Part shown: positions 52,705 through 60,343 of the stretch, piece after piece
How positions within the stretch are numbered: position 1 is the first letter of the stretch
How the letters are laid out: each line of letters starts with the position of its first letter
DNA from: Acidobacteriota bacterium
GTDB taxonomy: Bacteria; Acidobacteriota; Vicinamibacteria; Vicinamibacterales; UBA2999
Length of the DNA: 64,000 nucleotides
Assembly (NCBI GenBank): GCA_021730945.1
Contig: JAKFYH010000049.1
Coordinates: forward strand, 19,855-83,854
Direction of reading: 5' to 3'
The notes under the pieces: model-generated
Told to the model about the DNA's origin: nothing
Seen by the model: only the letters and a program-made list of their open reading frames with translations
Database searches by the model: none
Translations under genes and position numbers: made by a program

Positions 52705-54261
52705 TCAGCGCAGCGGCGGCGTGCTCTCGGGCGCGCGGCGGTGATGGGTGGCCTGCTCGTAAGCATACGCAAGTTTGATCAACGCCGGCTCCGACCACGC
52801 CCGGCCGAAGAACGTGATGCCGGCCGGCAAGCGGCCGCCCCGCGTGTAGCCCATCGGCACCTGGATCGACGGGAACCCCGTCGTCGGCGAAAAGAACTGA
52901 CTGTTGTCGCCGCCAGGAGTGTTGAGGTCGCCGATTAGCCGTGGCGGGTTGCTCCAGGTGGGGTAGACCCAGGCGTCCAGCTTCTGTGCGTCCATGGTCT
53001 TGTTGACGGCGTCGCGCACGCGCTGGCGATACTCGGCGTCGGCCTTGCATTCGGGTGAGTCGGGCCCGTTCTCGGGTCCCTGCTCGCCCTGCTCGAGCTG
53101 GCGCCGGACGGTGGGGTGGAACTTGCCGGACTTGACGATCTCGGCCAGGCTCTTCACCGGTACGCGGTCGCCGTGCGACGCGAGGTAACGGTTGATGTCG
53201 TACTTGAATCCGCCACAGGCGCCCATGCCCGGCGTGCGCCTGATCTCAGCGAGAACCTCGACCACGCCGGGATCGATGATGGTAGCGCCTTGCGCCCGAA
53301 GGTCATCGACCGCGCGCATGAACACCTGGACGATCTCGGGGTCGGTGCTGTCGCGCTCGTAGGCAAAGCGCAGCACGCCGATGCGGGCGCCCTTCAAGCC
53401 TTCGCGGACGAGCGACGCCGCGTAGTCCTGGGGCAGGTGCGCCGCGGCCGCCGCCGTGACCGGATCGGCCGGGTCGCTGCCGACCACCACCTGGAACACC
53501 TTGACCGCATCTTCCACGGTGCGCGCCATCGGCCCGGCAATATCGGCCAGCAGGTTGAGCGGCATCACGCCGCCGCGGCTGGTCAAGCCCATGGTCGAGC
53601 GAATGCCGACCAGCGCCTGATGCGATGACGGACCACGAATGGAGTTGCCGGTGTCGCTGCCGAGGCCGACCGCGCCGAAGCTGGCGGCCACCGATGCCGC
53701 CGTGCCACCGCTCGATCCCGCGGTGACCCGATCGAGCGCATAGGGATTCCTGGTGTAGCCCGGCAGGATGGAGCTGAGCGTTTCGTTCGGCGTGAACGCC
53801 CACTCGGCCATGTTCGACTTGGCCAGCACGATGGCGCCGGCCGCCTTGATGCGCGCCACCTGGAAGGCATCCTTGTTGGAGACGAAGCCTTCGAGCGCGA
53901 GCGAGCCGTTGGCGCTTTGCAGGCCGATGGTCTCGAAGTTGTCCTTCACGATCATCGGCACGCAGTGCAGCGGACCGGTGAGGCCGCCTTGCGTAAACCG
54001 CCGGTCGAGATCGTCGGCCTGCGCCAGCGCCTGCGGGTTGGTCAGGATGATGGCGTTGACGGCGGGCCCGTTCTTGTCGAACACGTCGATGCGTCGCAGA
54101 TACTGCTCGACCAGCCCTCGACAGGTGAGCTGCCTGGCCTGCATTGCCGCATGGATCTGCGCGATGGTGGCTTCGTGCACCTCCCACACCGATGGGGCCT
54201 GGCCAGAGGCAGGGACGACGACAAGGACGGCGAACAGGGCGGAGAGAAGGCGAGTAGTCAC
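52705..54261 (-). CDS. Secreted amidase (amidase-signature family)
   Basis: The AS signature is TAGSSGGTAASVAASFGAVGLGSDTGNSIRGPSS. The start is set at GTG 54261 (VTTRLLSALFAVLVVVPASGQA), because the track ORF continues into the 58-bp repeat array. Confidence 0.85.
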   Translation of the reverse strand: MTTRLLSALFAVLVVVPASGQAPSVWEVHEATIAQIHAAMQARQLTCRGLVEQYLRRIDVFDKNGPAVNAIILTNPQALAQADDLDRRFTQGGLTGPLHCVPMIVKDNFETIGLQSANGSLALEGFVSNKDAFQVARIKAAGAIVLAKSNMAEWAFTPNETLSSILPGYTRNPYALDRVTAGSSGGTAASVAASFGAVGLGSDTGNSIRGPSSHQALVGIRSTMGLTSRGGVMPLNLLADIAGPMARTVEDAVKVFQVVVGSDPADPVTAAAAAHLPQDYAASLVREGLKGARIGVLRFAYERDSTDPEIVQVFMRAVDDLRAQGATIIDPGVVEVLAEIRRTPGMGACGGFKYDINRYLASHGDRVPVKSLAEIVKSGKFHPTVRRQLEQGEQGPENGPDSPECKADAEYRQRVRDAVNKTMDAQKLDAWVYPTWSNPPRLIGDLNTPGGDNSQFFSPTTGFPSIQVPMGYTRGGRLPAGITFFGRAWSEPALIKLAYAYEQATHHRRAPESTPPLR

Positions 54262-54273
54262 GGCGAGATCATA

Positions 54274-54655
54274 GCCCCAGACACAGATGCCGGGGCCGCA
54301 GACACAGACCGGGGCCGCAGATGACACAGATGACGCAGATCAGGGGCCTGGGGCCGCAGACACAGACCGGGGCCGCAGATGACACAGATGACGCAGATCA
54401 GGGGCCTGGGGCCGCTGACACAGACCGGGGCCGCAGATGACACAGATGACGCAGATCAAGGGGCCCGAGGCCGCAGACACAGACCGGGGCCGCAGATGAC
54501 ACAGATGACGCAGATCAGGGGCCCGAGGCCGCAGACACAGACCGGGGCCGCAGATGACACAGATGACGCAGATCAGGGGCCCAGGGCCGCAGACACGGAC
54601 CAGGGCCGCAGATGACAAAGATGACGCAGATCAAGGGGCTCAGGGCCGCAGACCT
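54274..54655. repeat. 58/59-bp tandem repeat array, about 6.5 units
   Basis: The unit is GCCGCAGACACAGACCGGGGCCGCAGATGACACAGATGACGCAGATCAGGGGCCTGGG. Unit starts are at 54295, 54353, 54411, 54470, 54528, 54586 and 54645. The whole unit repeats, so there are no unique spacers. Confidence 0.95.
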
Positions 54656-54741
54656 GTCCCGCCGTAGCTGGCAGCGCGAAGGCGGATGACGCAAGTGACG
54701 CAGATATCACGGTGCAGGACCGGCGGCGCGGCGAAGCCGCG

Positions 54742-54819
54742 TCTGTAGACCGGTGAAGCTCGAGGCGAGCAAGCGGAGCGATCGGGGCTTGTTCGCCTCG
54801 GGCTTCCCCGGTCTACAGA
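54742..54819. other. Long imperfect hairpin (32-bp arms, 29/32 paired, 14-nt loop)
   Basis: TCTGTAGACCGGTGAAGCTCGAGGCGAGCAAG (54742-54773) pairs with CTTGTTCGCCTCGGGCTTCCCCGGTCTACAGA (54788-54819). Smaller hairpins flank it (GCGGC-GAA-GCCGC and GGGCCGC-TAC-GCGGCCC). Confidence 0.8.
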
Positions 54820-54848
54820 TCGGGCCGCTACGCGGCCCCGCCGGTCGC

Positions 54849-55244
54849 TCACCGTGTCTGAGTCAGGATGAACCGCTTGTACTCCAGCTTGGCAGAGCCG
54901 AAGTTGAGCAGCAGTCCGCACTGACACGCGGACGAGGCGAGGTAGCTCAAGACCTGCGCCTGCTCCGCCGGCCCGGTGCCGAAGCGGGCCTTCACCTCGA
55001 CCACGACCGAGTCGAAGCAGACAAAATCCATGCGGTAATGCCCACGTAACGGGTGGGTCTTGTAAGCGACCCGACAGGGCGCTTCGGCCACAAACGGAAT
55101 GTCGCGCAGGCCGAACTCGATGGCGAGCGCGTCGCGGTAGAAGACTTCGAGAAAGCCGGATCCCAGGACTCGATGCACTTCCATCGCGGCGCCAATGATC
55201 GCAAACGTCCGAGGGTCGCTCGGTGCCGAGAAGTTCGTCGTCAT
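54849..55244 (-). CDS. GxxExxY protein (small PD-(D/E)XK-like family)
   Basis: The start is ATG 55244. The sequence is IIGAAMEVHRVLGSGFLEVFYRDALAIEFGLRDIPF...YRMDFVCFDSVVVEVKA...QVLSYL...GLLLNFG. The eponymous motif is G-F-L-E-V-F-Y. Confidence 0.85.
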   Translation of the reverse strand: MTTNFSAPSDPRTFAIIGAAMEVHRVLGSGFLEVFYRDALAIEFGLRDIPFVAEAPCRVAYKTHPLRGHYRMDFVCFDSVVVEVKARFGTGPAEQAQVLSYLASSACQCGLLLNFGSAKLEYKRFILTQTR

Positions 55245-55372
55245 GCCCTCACAGACGCAAACGGCGTGCCCAACGGGGTCCCAGAGAAAGCGCTCGCAAT
55301 TGGGGAGCGACGGGCGGCCCGGTACTTGGCTTGGTGGCGGAAATTGCAATGGTGAAATGACCTCAACATGGC

Positions 55373-55468
55373 AAATCCCGCAATCCCGCAATCCCGCAAT
55401 CCCGCAATCCCGCAATCCCGCAATCCCGCAATCCCGCAATCCCTAAATCACCCAATCACCAAATCAAG
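55373..55468. repeat. Octamer tandem repeat (CAATCCCG) about x8 perfect, decaying into AAATCACC/CAATCACC units
   Basis: I counted the units directly. The array lies between divergent genes with starts at 55244 (-) and 55518 (+). It is followed at 55468-55500 by an inverted partial copy of the 58-mer unit. Confidence 0.9.
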
Positions 55469-55517
55469 ATCTGCGTAATCTGTGTCATCTGTGGCCCTGG
55501 TGTAGTTAGGATGTCGC

Positions 55518-56990
55518 ATGCTGAGCCGCGCGCTGATGCTTCTGTCCGTCTCTTCCGTCCTGGCGGCCGCCCAAATCCCCCAATCTGCGTTCGAGGCATT
55601 GCAGCCCGACCTGCTTGGCGCGCCATCGGCGTTCACCAATGCCTTTGCCGACTATGACAATGACGGCGACCTGGACTTGTTTGTCGGCTTCGACGGCCAA
55701 CCCAACCGGCTCTATCGCAACGACCGGGGCGTGTTCAGCGATGTCGCGCGGGTGGCCGGTGTGGCCGATGCGCGGCCGACGCGGGCGGTGGCGTGGGGCG
55801 ACTTCGATGCCGATGGCGATTCCGACCTCCTGGTCGGGTTCACGCCAAGCCCGGGCGCATCGGTGTTGCGGGTTTACCGCAACGATGCCGGCAAGTTCAT
55901 TGATGTCACGGCCGGCATCGGTTTGATGGTGGCCACCGGAGCGGTGCGGCAGCCGGCGTGGGTCGACGTCGATGCCGACGGCGATCTCGACTTGTTCGTC
56001 GCCTATCGCGATCGTGCCAATGCGCTCTATCGCAACGATGGGGGTACGTTCGCCGACGTGGCGCCCTCGTTGGGGCTCGCAGACACGCGGCGGACGGTGG
56101 GCGCGGTCTGGTTCGACTACGACGAAGACGGCGATCTCGACCTGGCCGATGCCAACATGGACGGCGACGCCAACGGTCTCTATCGCAACGACGCCGGACG
56201 ATTCACGGATGTTGCCGAAGCCGCCGGCGTGGCCTGGGGCGGCCGCGCGCCCAGGCTCCCGGGCAATGGCACCGTGCGAGTATGCGCGGCCGATGTCGAC
56301 AGCGATGGCCGCTTCGACCTGTTTGCCGCCAACTACGGCCCGCTCGGCTTCTTCAGCAATCGCGGCAAGGGTGTGTTCGAGGATCGCGGCGCGGCATGGC
56401 AGGTGGCCATCGACTCTCGCTACGACACCTGTGCGTTTGCCGACGTCGACCACGATGGCCGCCTCGACCTGTATGTCAACGGCACGGTCACCGGCGGCGC
56501 CAGTTGGCAGGACACCTTGTTCCGCAATACCGGCTCGGCGCTGGTCGATGTCACCCCGCCGTCGATCCGGCGCCTGCAGGCCGACCACGGCGTGCAGTGG
56601 GCCGATGTTGATGGCGACGGCGATCTCGATCTGGCCCTGACTGGAGCACGCGCCGATGGCATGCACCTGGTGATGCGCAACCTGTTGCCGGCCGCCGACG
56701 CGGCTCGGGGCCTCCACATCCGCGTGGTCGACGCACAGGGGCATGCCACCCTCGCCGGGGCCGAGGTGCGGGTGTATGCGGCCGGCACGACGCGCCTGAT
56801 CGGTAGCCGCTTAATGGACAGTGGTTCCGGCTACGACGCGCAGAACGACATGCCCGCGCACGTCGGCGTCCCCGCCGGCGTGGCACGCGTCGACGTGCAG
56901 GTGATCGCGCCGCGCCACGGCCGCCGCGTGCCGGTGTGGCAACGGGGCGTGGTGCCCGGCAAGACCGTGACGGTGCGGGTTTCTCGCTAG
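55518..56990 (+). CDS. Secreted FG-GAP/VCBS repeat protein (CRTAC1/ASPIC-UnbV-like)
   Basis: It has repeated DYDNDGDLDLFVG...NRLYRND.G.F.DVA modules, at least six of them. It has a signal peptide. Confidence 0.8.
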   Translation: MLSRALMLLSVSSVLAAAQIPQSAFEALQPDLLGAPSAFTNAFADYDNDGDLDLFVGFDGQPNRLYRNDRGVFSDVARVAGVADARPTRAVAWGDFDADGDSDLLVGFTPSPGASVLRVYRNDAGKFIDVTAGIGLMVATGAVRQPAWVDVDADGDLDLFVAYRDRANALYRNDGGTFADVAPSLGLADTRRTVGAVWFDYDEDGDLDLADANMDGDANGLYRNDAGRFTDVAEAAGVAWGGRAPRLPGNGTVRVCAADVDSDGRFDLFAANYGPLGFFSNRGKGVFEDRGAAWQVAIDSRYDTCAFADVDHDGRLDLYVNGTVTGGASWQDTLFRNTGSALVDVTPPSIRRLQADHGVQWADVDGDGDLDLALTGARADGMHLVMRNLLPAADAARGLHIRVVDAQGHATLAGAEVRVYAAGTTRLIGSRLMDSGSGYDAQNDMPAHVGVPAGVARVDVQVIAPRHGRRVPVWQRGVVPGKTVTVRVSR

Positions 56991-57049
56991 CCGGGTCGTG
57001 GCGCCTTTAGCGCCTGCACCCCTCGTAGAAAGACCATACTGAGAGACTA

Positions 57050-57247
57050 ATGGACACGTTCGTCGCCGCCGTTTTCCTCGGAATCATCGGTTCGGGATAT
57101 TTTCTGTACGGCAAGCGAGCCCAGCGGCCGGTGCCGCTGGTGTGCGGCGCCCTCTTGTGCGTATTTCCCTACTTCATTGACAGCTTCATCTGGACGCTGG
57201 TGATCGGCCTGGCGCTCGTGGCCGCGCCGTTCGTAATCACCTTGTAA
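57050..57247 (+). CDS. Small membrane protein (65 aa, 2-3 TM)
   Basis: It is hydrophobic throughout. Its stop lies 2 nt before the yaeQ-like start. Confidence 0.5.
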   Translation: MDTFVAAVFLGIIGSGYFLYGKRAQRPVPLVCGALLCVFPYFIDSFIWTLVIGLALVAAPFVITL

Positions 57248-57249
57248 CC

Positions 57250-57792
57250 ATGGCCCTGACTGCAACTGTTTACAACCTCGACACCGAGTTGGCAGATATC
57301 GATCGTAGTGTCTACGAGACGTTGGCGATCCGGATGGCGCGTCAGCCGTCTGAGACTGCGGACTATATGCTCGTGCGCTACCTGGCTTACTGCCTGGAGT
57401 ACGCCGAGGGCATCGCCTTCACCGAGGGTGTGGCCGCGGGCGGCGAGGAACCCGCCGTGCTGGTCCGCGACCTCACCGGCCGGATCACCGGCTGGATCGA
57501 AGTGGGCATGCCGGCCGCCGATCGTGTGCATCGTGGCATGAAGAAGGCCGGGCGCGTGGCGGTCTATACCCACCGGGCGGTCGGCCAGGTGCTGGCGCAG
57601 TTGAACGGCCAGGGAATCTACAAGGCCGGCGACATTCCGGTCTACGAGTTTGGCGCTGGCTTTATCGAAGAGGTCGCGGCTACCATCGACCGGCGCGCCA
57701 AGGTCTCGGTGTCGGTCACCGAGCGCCAGCTCTACCTCGACGTGGACGGACAGACGTTTACCACCAGCATCAACGAGCATCATTTCGCCTGA
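57250..57792 (+). CDS. yaeQ: YaeQ family protein
   Basis: The sequence MALTATVYNLDTELADIDRSVYETLAIRMARQPSETADYMLVRYLAYCLEY is collinear with E. coli YaeQ (MALKATIYKA...LARHPSET..RMM.RLLA). Confidence 0.85.
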   Translation: MALTATVYNLDTELADIDRSVYETLAIRMARQPSETADYMLVRYLAYCLEYAEGIAFTEGVAAGGEEPAVLVRDLTGRITGWIEVGMPAADRVHRGMKKAGRVAVYTHRAVGQVLAQLNGQGIYKAGDIPVYEFGAGFIEEVAATIDRRAKVSVSVTERQLYLDVDGQTFTTSINEHHFA

Positions 57793-57797
57793 ACCAC

Positions 57798-59426
57798 ATG
57801 AGAATTGCCGTCCTCGCCATCCTCGTTGCCCTGTGGCCGGTGTCGTCGCCGCTCGCGCAGTCTCCGGCCGCGCCGCGCGCACCCAGGCTTGTGGTGTTGA
57901 TCTCAGTCGACCAGATGCGCGCCGACTACGTCGATCGCTTCCAGCACCAGTGGTCCAAGGGGTTGAAGCGGCTGGTCACCGAGGGCGCGTGGTTTCGCCA
58001 GGCCAGCTACCCGTACTACAACACCGTCACCTGCGCCGGTCACGCCAGCCTCAGCACCGGCACCGTGCCCGCGGTTCACGGCATGGTGCTCAACCAGTGG
58101 TGGGAGCGCAATAACAGCCGGTTGCTCGGGTGCACGGATGACGACAACGTGCAATTGGTGACGTACGGCGCGCCGGTCAAGGGTGTCGGCAACAGCGCCC
58201 GATATCTGATGACGACGACCTTGGCTGACGAGCTGCGGTTGCAGGAACCGACGCCGCCGCGGGTGGTGAGCATTTCCCTCAAGGCCCGCTCGGCCATCAC
58301 CCTGGGCGGCAAGCGTCCAGACGCCGTGATCTGGCTGGACGAGGTCAACGGCGAATGGGTGACGTCCACCGCTTTTGCCACCGCGCCGGCGCCGTATTTC
58401 GCCGATTACATTGCCCGGCATCCGCTGCAGAACGAGATGGGCCGGCGCTGGGATCGCGCCCTGCCGAAGAATCAATATCTCTACGACGGCTCGATCGAAG
58501 GACGGCAGAAGACCGCGCTCATCACCAAGGACTTCCCTCACATCGTCAAGGGCGACGGCAGCGAGGTCGGGGGCGCATTCACCGATGCCTGGGAATCAAG
58601 CCCGCACTCCGATGCCTACCTGGCCGGCCTGGCCGGCGCCGCGCTCGACGGGTTGAAGATGGGACGCGGGCCGGCCACCGACTACCTGGGCATCAGCTTC
58701 TCGGCGCTCGACAAGGTCGGCCACGATTTCGGCCAGCACTCGCACGAAGTGCAGGACGTGATGATCCGGCTCGACGCCGAGCTCGGGCTGCTGCTCGACA
58801 AGCTCGACCGCGACGTTGGCAAGGGCAACTATGTAGTCGGGCTGACGTCCGATCACGGCGTGGCGCCGGTGCCCGAACGCATCAAGGCCCAGGGCTATGA
58901 TGCCGGCCGCATCAACACGGCGGCGATGGGTCGCCAGATCGACGAGGTGCTGGTCCGCACGCTCGGTCCTGGCGCCTACCGGACCCGTGTCATCTACAAC
59001 GACATCTACTTCAACGACGGTGTCTACGCGCAGTTGAACCAGAACGCCGGCGCGATGGCGGCCGTCCTCGACACCATTCGCAAGACCGAGGGCGTGTGGC
59101 GGGTATATCGCAAAGAGGACCTCTCGAACATCGATCCGCTCACGCGGCCATCGGCACTCAGTCATTTTGAGGGCCGCAGCGGCGACATCAAGATGCTGGG
59201 TCGCAGCTACTGGATCACCTCATCCAGTACCAGCACGCACGGCACCGGTCACCAGTACGACACCCATGTGCCGGTGATCTTGTTTGGCTACGGCATCAAG
59301 CGCGGCGAGTACCTGCAGCCGTCGATGCCGATCGATGTGGCGCCGACGCTGGCGTTTCTCACCGGGATCACCTTGCCCGACGCCACCGGGCGCGTGCTTA
59401 TCGAAGCGTTGACGCCGAAGCCATGA
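57798..59426 (+). CDS. Secreted alkaline-phosphatase-superfamily (nucleotide pyrophosphatase/phosphodiesterase-like) protein
   Basis: The motifs are VLISVDQMRADY, NTVTCAGHASLSTG, DKVGHDFG and SDHG. Confidence 0.8.
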   Translation: MRIAVLAILVALWPVSSPLAQSPAAPRAPRLVVLISVDQMRADYVDRFQHQWSKGLKRLVTEGAWFRQASYPYYNTVTCAGHASLSTGTVPAVHGMVLNQWWERNNSRLLGCTDDDNVQLVTYGAPVKGVGNSARYLMTTTLADELRLQEPTPPRVVSISLKARSAITLGGKRPDAVIWLDEVNGEWVTSTAFATAPAPYFADYIARHPLQNEMGRRWDRALPKNQYLYDGSIEGRQKTALITKDFPHIVKGDGSEVGGAFTDAWESSPHSDAYLAGLAGAALDGLKMGRGPATDYLGISFSALDKVGHDFGQHSHEVQDVMIRLDAELGLLLDKLDRDVGKGNYVVGLTSDHGVAPVPERIKAQGYDAGRINTAAMGRQIDEVLVRTLGPGAYRTRVIYNDIYFNDGVYAQLNQNAGAMAAVLDTIRKTEGVWRVYRKEDLSNIDPLTRPSALSHFEGRSGDIKMLGRSYWITSSSTSTHGTGHQYDTHVPVILFGYGIKRGEYLQPSMPIDVAPTLAFLTGITLPDATGRVLIEALTPKP

Positions 59427-60327
59427 AGCGGGTGACCTCGGCCAGGTTTGGCACGCCGTTCAATGCCCCAGCGCGCGTGCAACTGACGGCCGCGGCGGCG
59501 TTGGCGAATCGCAGGATCTCGCGCGGGGACTCGCCGGCGAGATAGCCGTGAATGAAGCCGGCGCGGAACACGTCGCCGGCACCGGTCGTGTCCACCGCCT
59601 CCACGGCCCAGCCGGGTTCGGCGACAAGATCGTTTCCCACCAGCAGCATCGACCCCCGCGGCCCCAGCGTGACGCACAGCCAACCGTCGTGTCTCTCGCG
59701 CAACTTGCGCAGCGCGTGTTCGAGGCCGGCCTCGCCGGTGGCGGCCGGCAGGACGTGCTCGGCGAAAATGGGAATGCTGACGGCGGCGACCAGGGCGGCC
59801 GTGCGATCGGTGACGCGATCGAGGTCGCTCGTGCAGGGCACGCCGGCCGCGCGGGCCAGGGTCGCGGCCCGGATCGCCGCTTCCTCGTCCACGTCGTCCA
59901 CGTGCACCAGCCGTGCGGACGCAATCAGCGCGGCTGGAATCTCGCCAGGGGCCAGCATCAGCCGATCGTCGCGATCCCACAGCACGATGCGGTCGCCGGT
60001 CCGCTCGTCCACCGTGATCACCGCGAACTGGTTGGCGCCGTCGCGGGTGACGAGGTGGCTCAGGTCGATGCCCCGGCCGGCCAGCTCGGCCTGGATTCGG
60101 CGGCCATTCTCATCGGTGCCGATTGCGCCGACATAGGCGGCGCGCAGCCCGAGCGCGGCGCATGCCGAGAGTGCCGTGGCCATCTGTCCGCCACCCGACA
60201 CCGTGTGGCTGGTGATCCGAAGCTTGGCGGTTGGGCTGTCGGCCCGTGGCGAAGCGGGCAGGCGATAGACGTAGTCAATCGAATTGGCGCCCACACCCAC
60301 CACGTCCCAAGTCTTTCCAGCCGGCAT
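59398..60327 (-). CDS. PfkB family carbohydrate kinase
   Basis: The start is ATG 60327 (MPAGKTWDVVGVGANSIDYV). The C-terminal motif is DTTGAGDVFRAGFIHG. It has a 29-bp convergent overlap with the phosphatase gene. Confidence 0.85.
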   Translation of the reverse strand: MPAGKTWDVVGVGANSIDYVYRLPASPRADSPTAKLRITSHTVSGGGQMATALSACAALGLRAAYVGAIGTDENGRRIQAELAGRGIDLSHLVTRDGANQFAVITVDERTGDRIVLWDRDDRLMLAPGEIPAALIASARLVHVDDVDEEAAIRAATLARAAGVPCTSDLDRVTDRTAALVAAVSIPIFAEHVLPAATGEAGLEHALRKLRERHDGWLCVTLGPRGSMLLVGNDLVAEPGWAVEAVDTTGAGDVFRAGFIHGYLAGESPREILRFANAAAAVSCTRAGALNGVPNLAEVTRFMASASTLR

Positions 60328-60343
60328 TGGCGTCGAGTATAGG

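Noticed and set aside
54274-54655. Possible CRISPR array, given regular spacing of about 58 bp
   Set aside because: The whole 58/59-bp unit repeats with only point differences, so there are no unique spacers between conserved repeats. No cas genes or leader are present in the window. It is a minisatellite.
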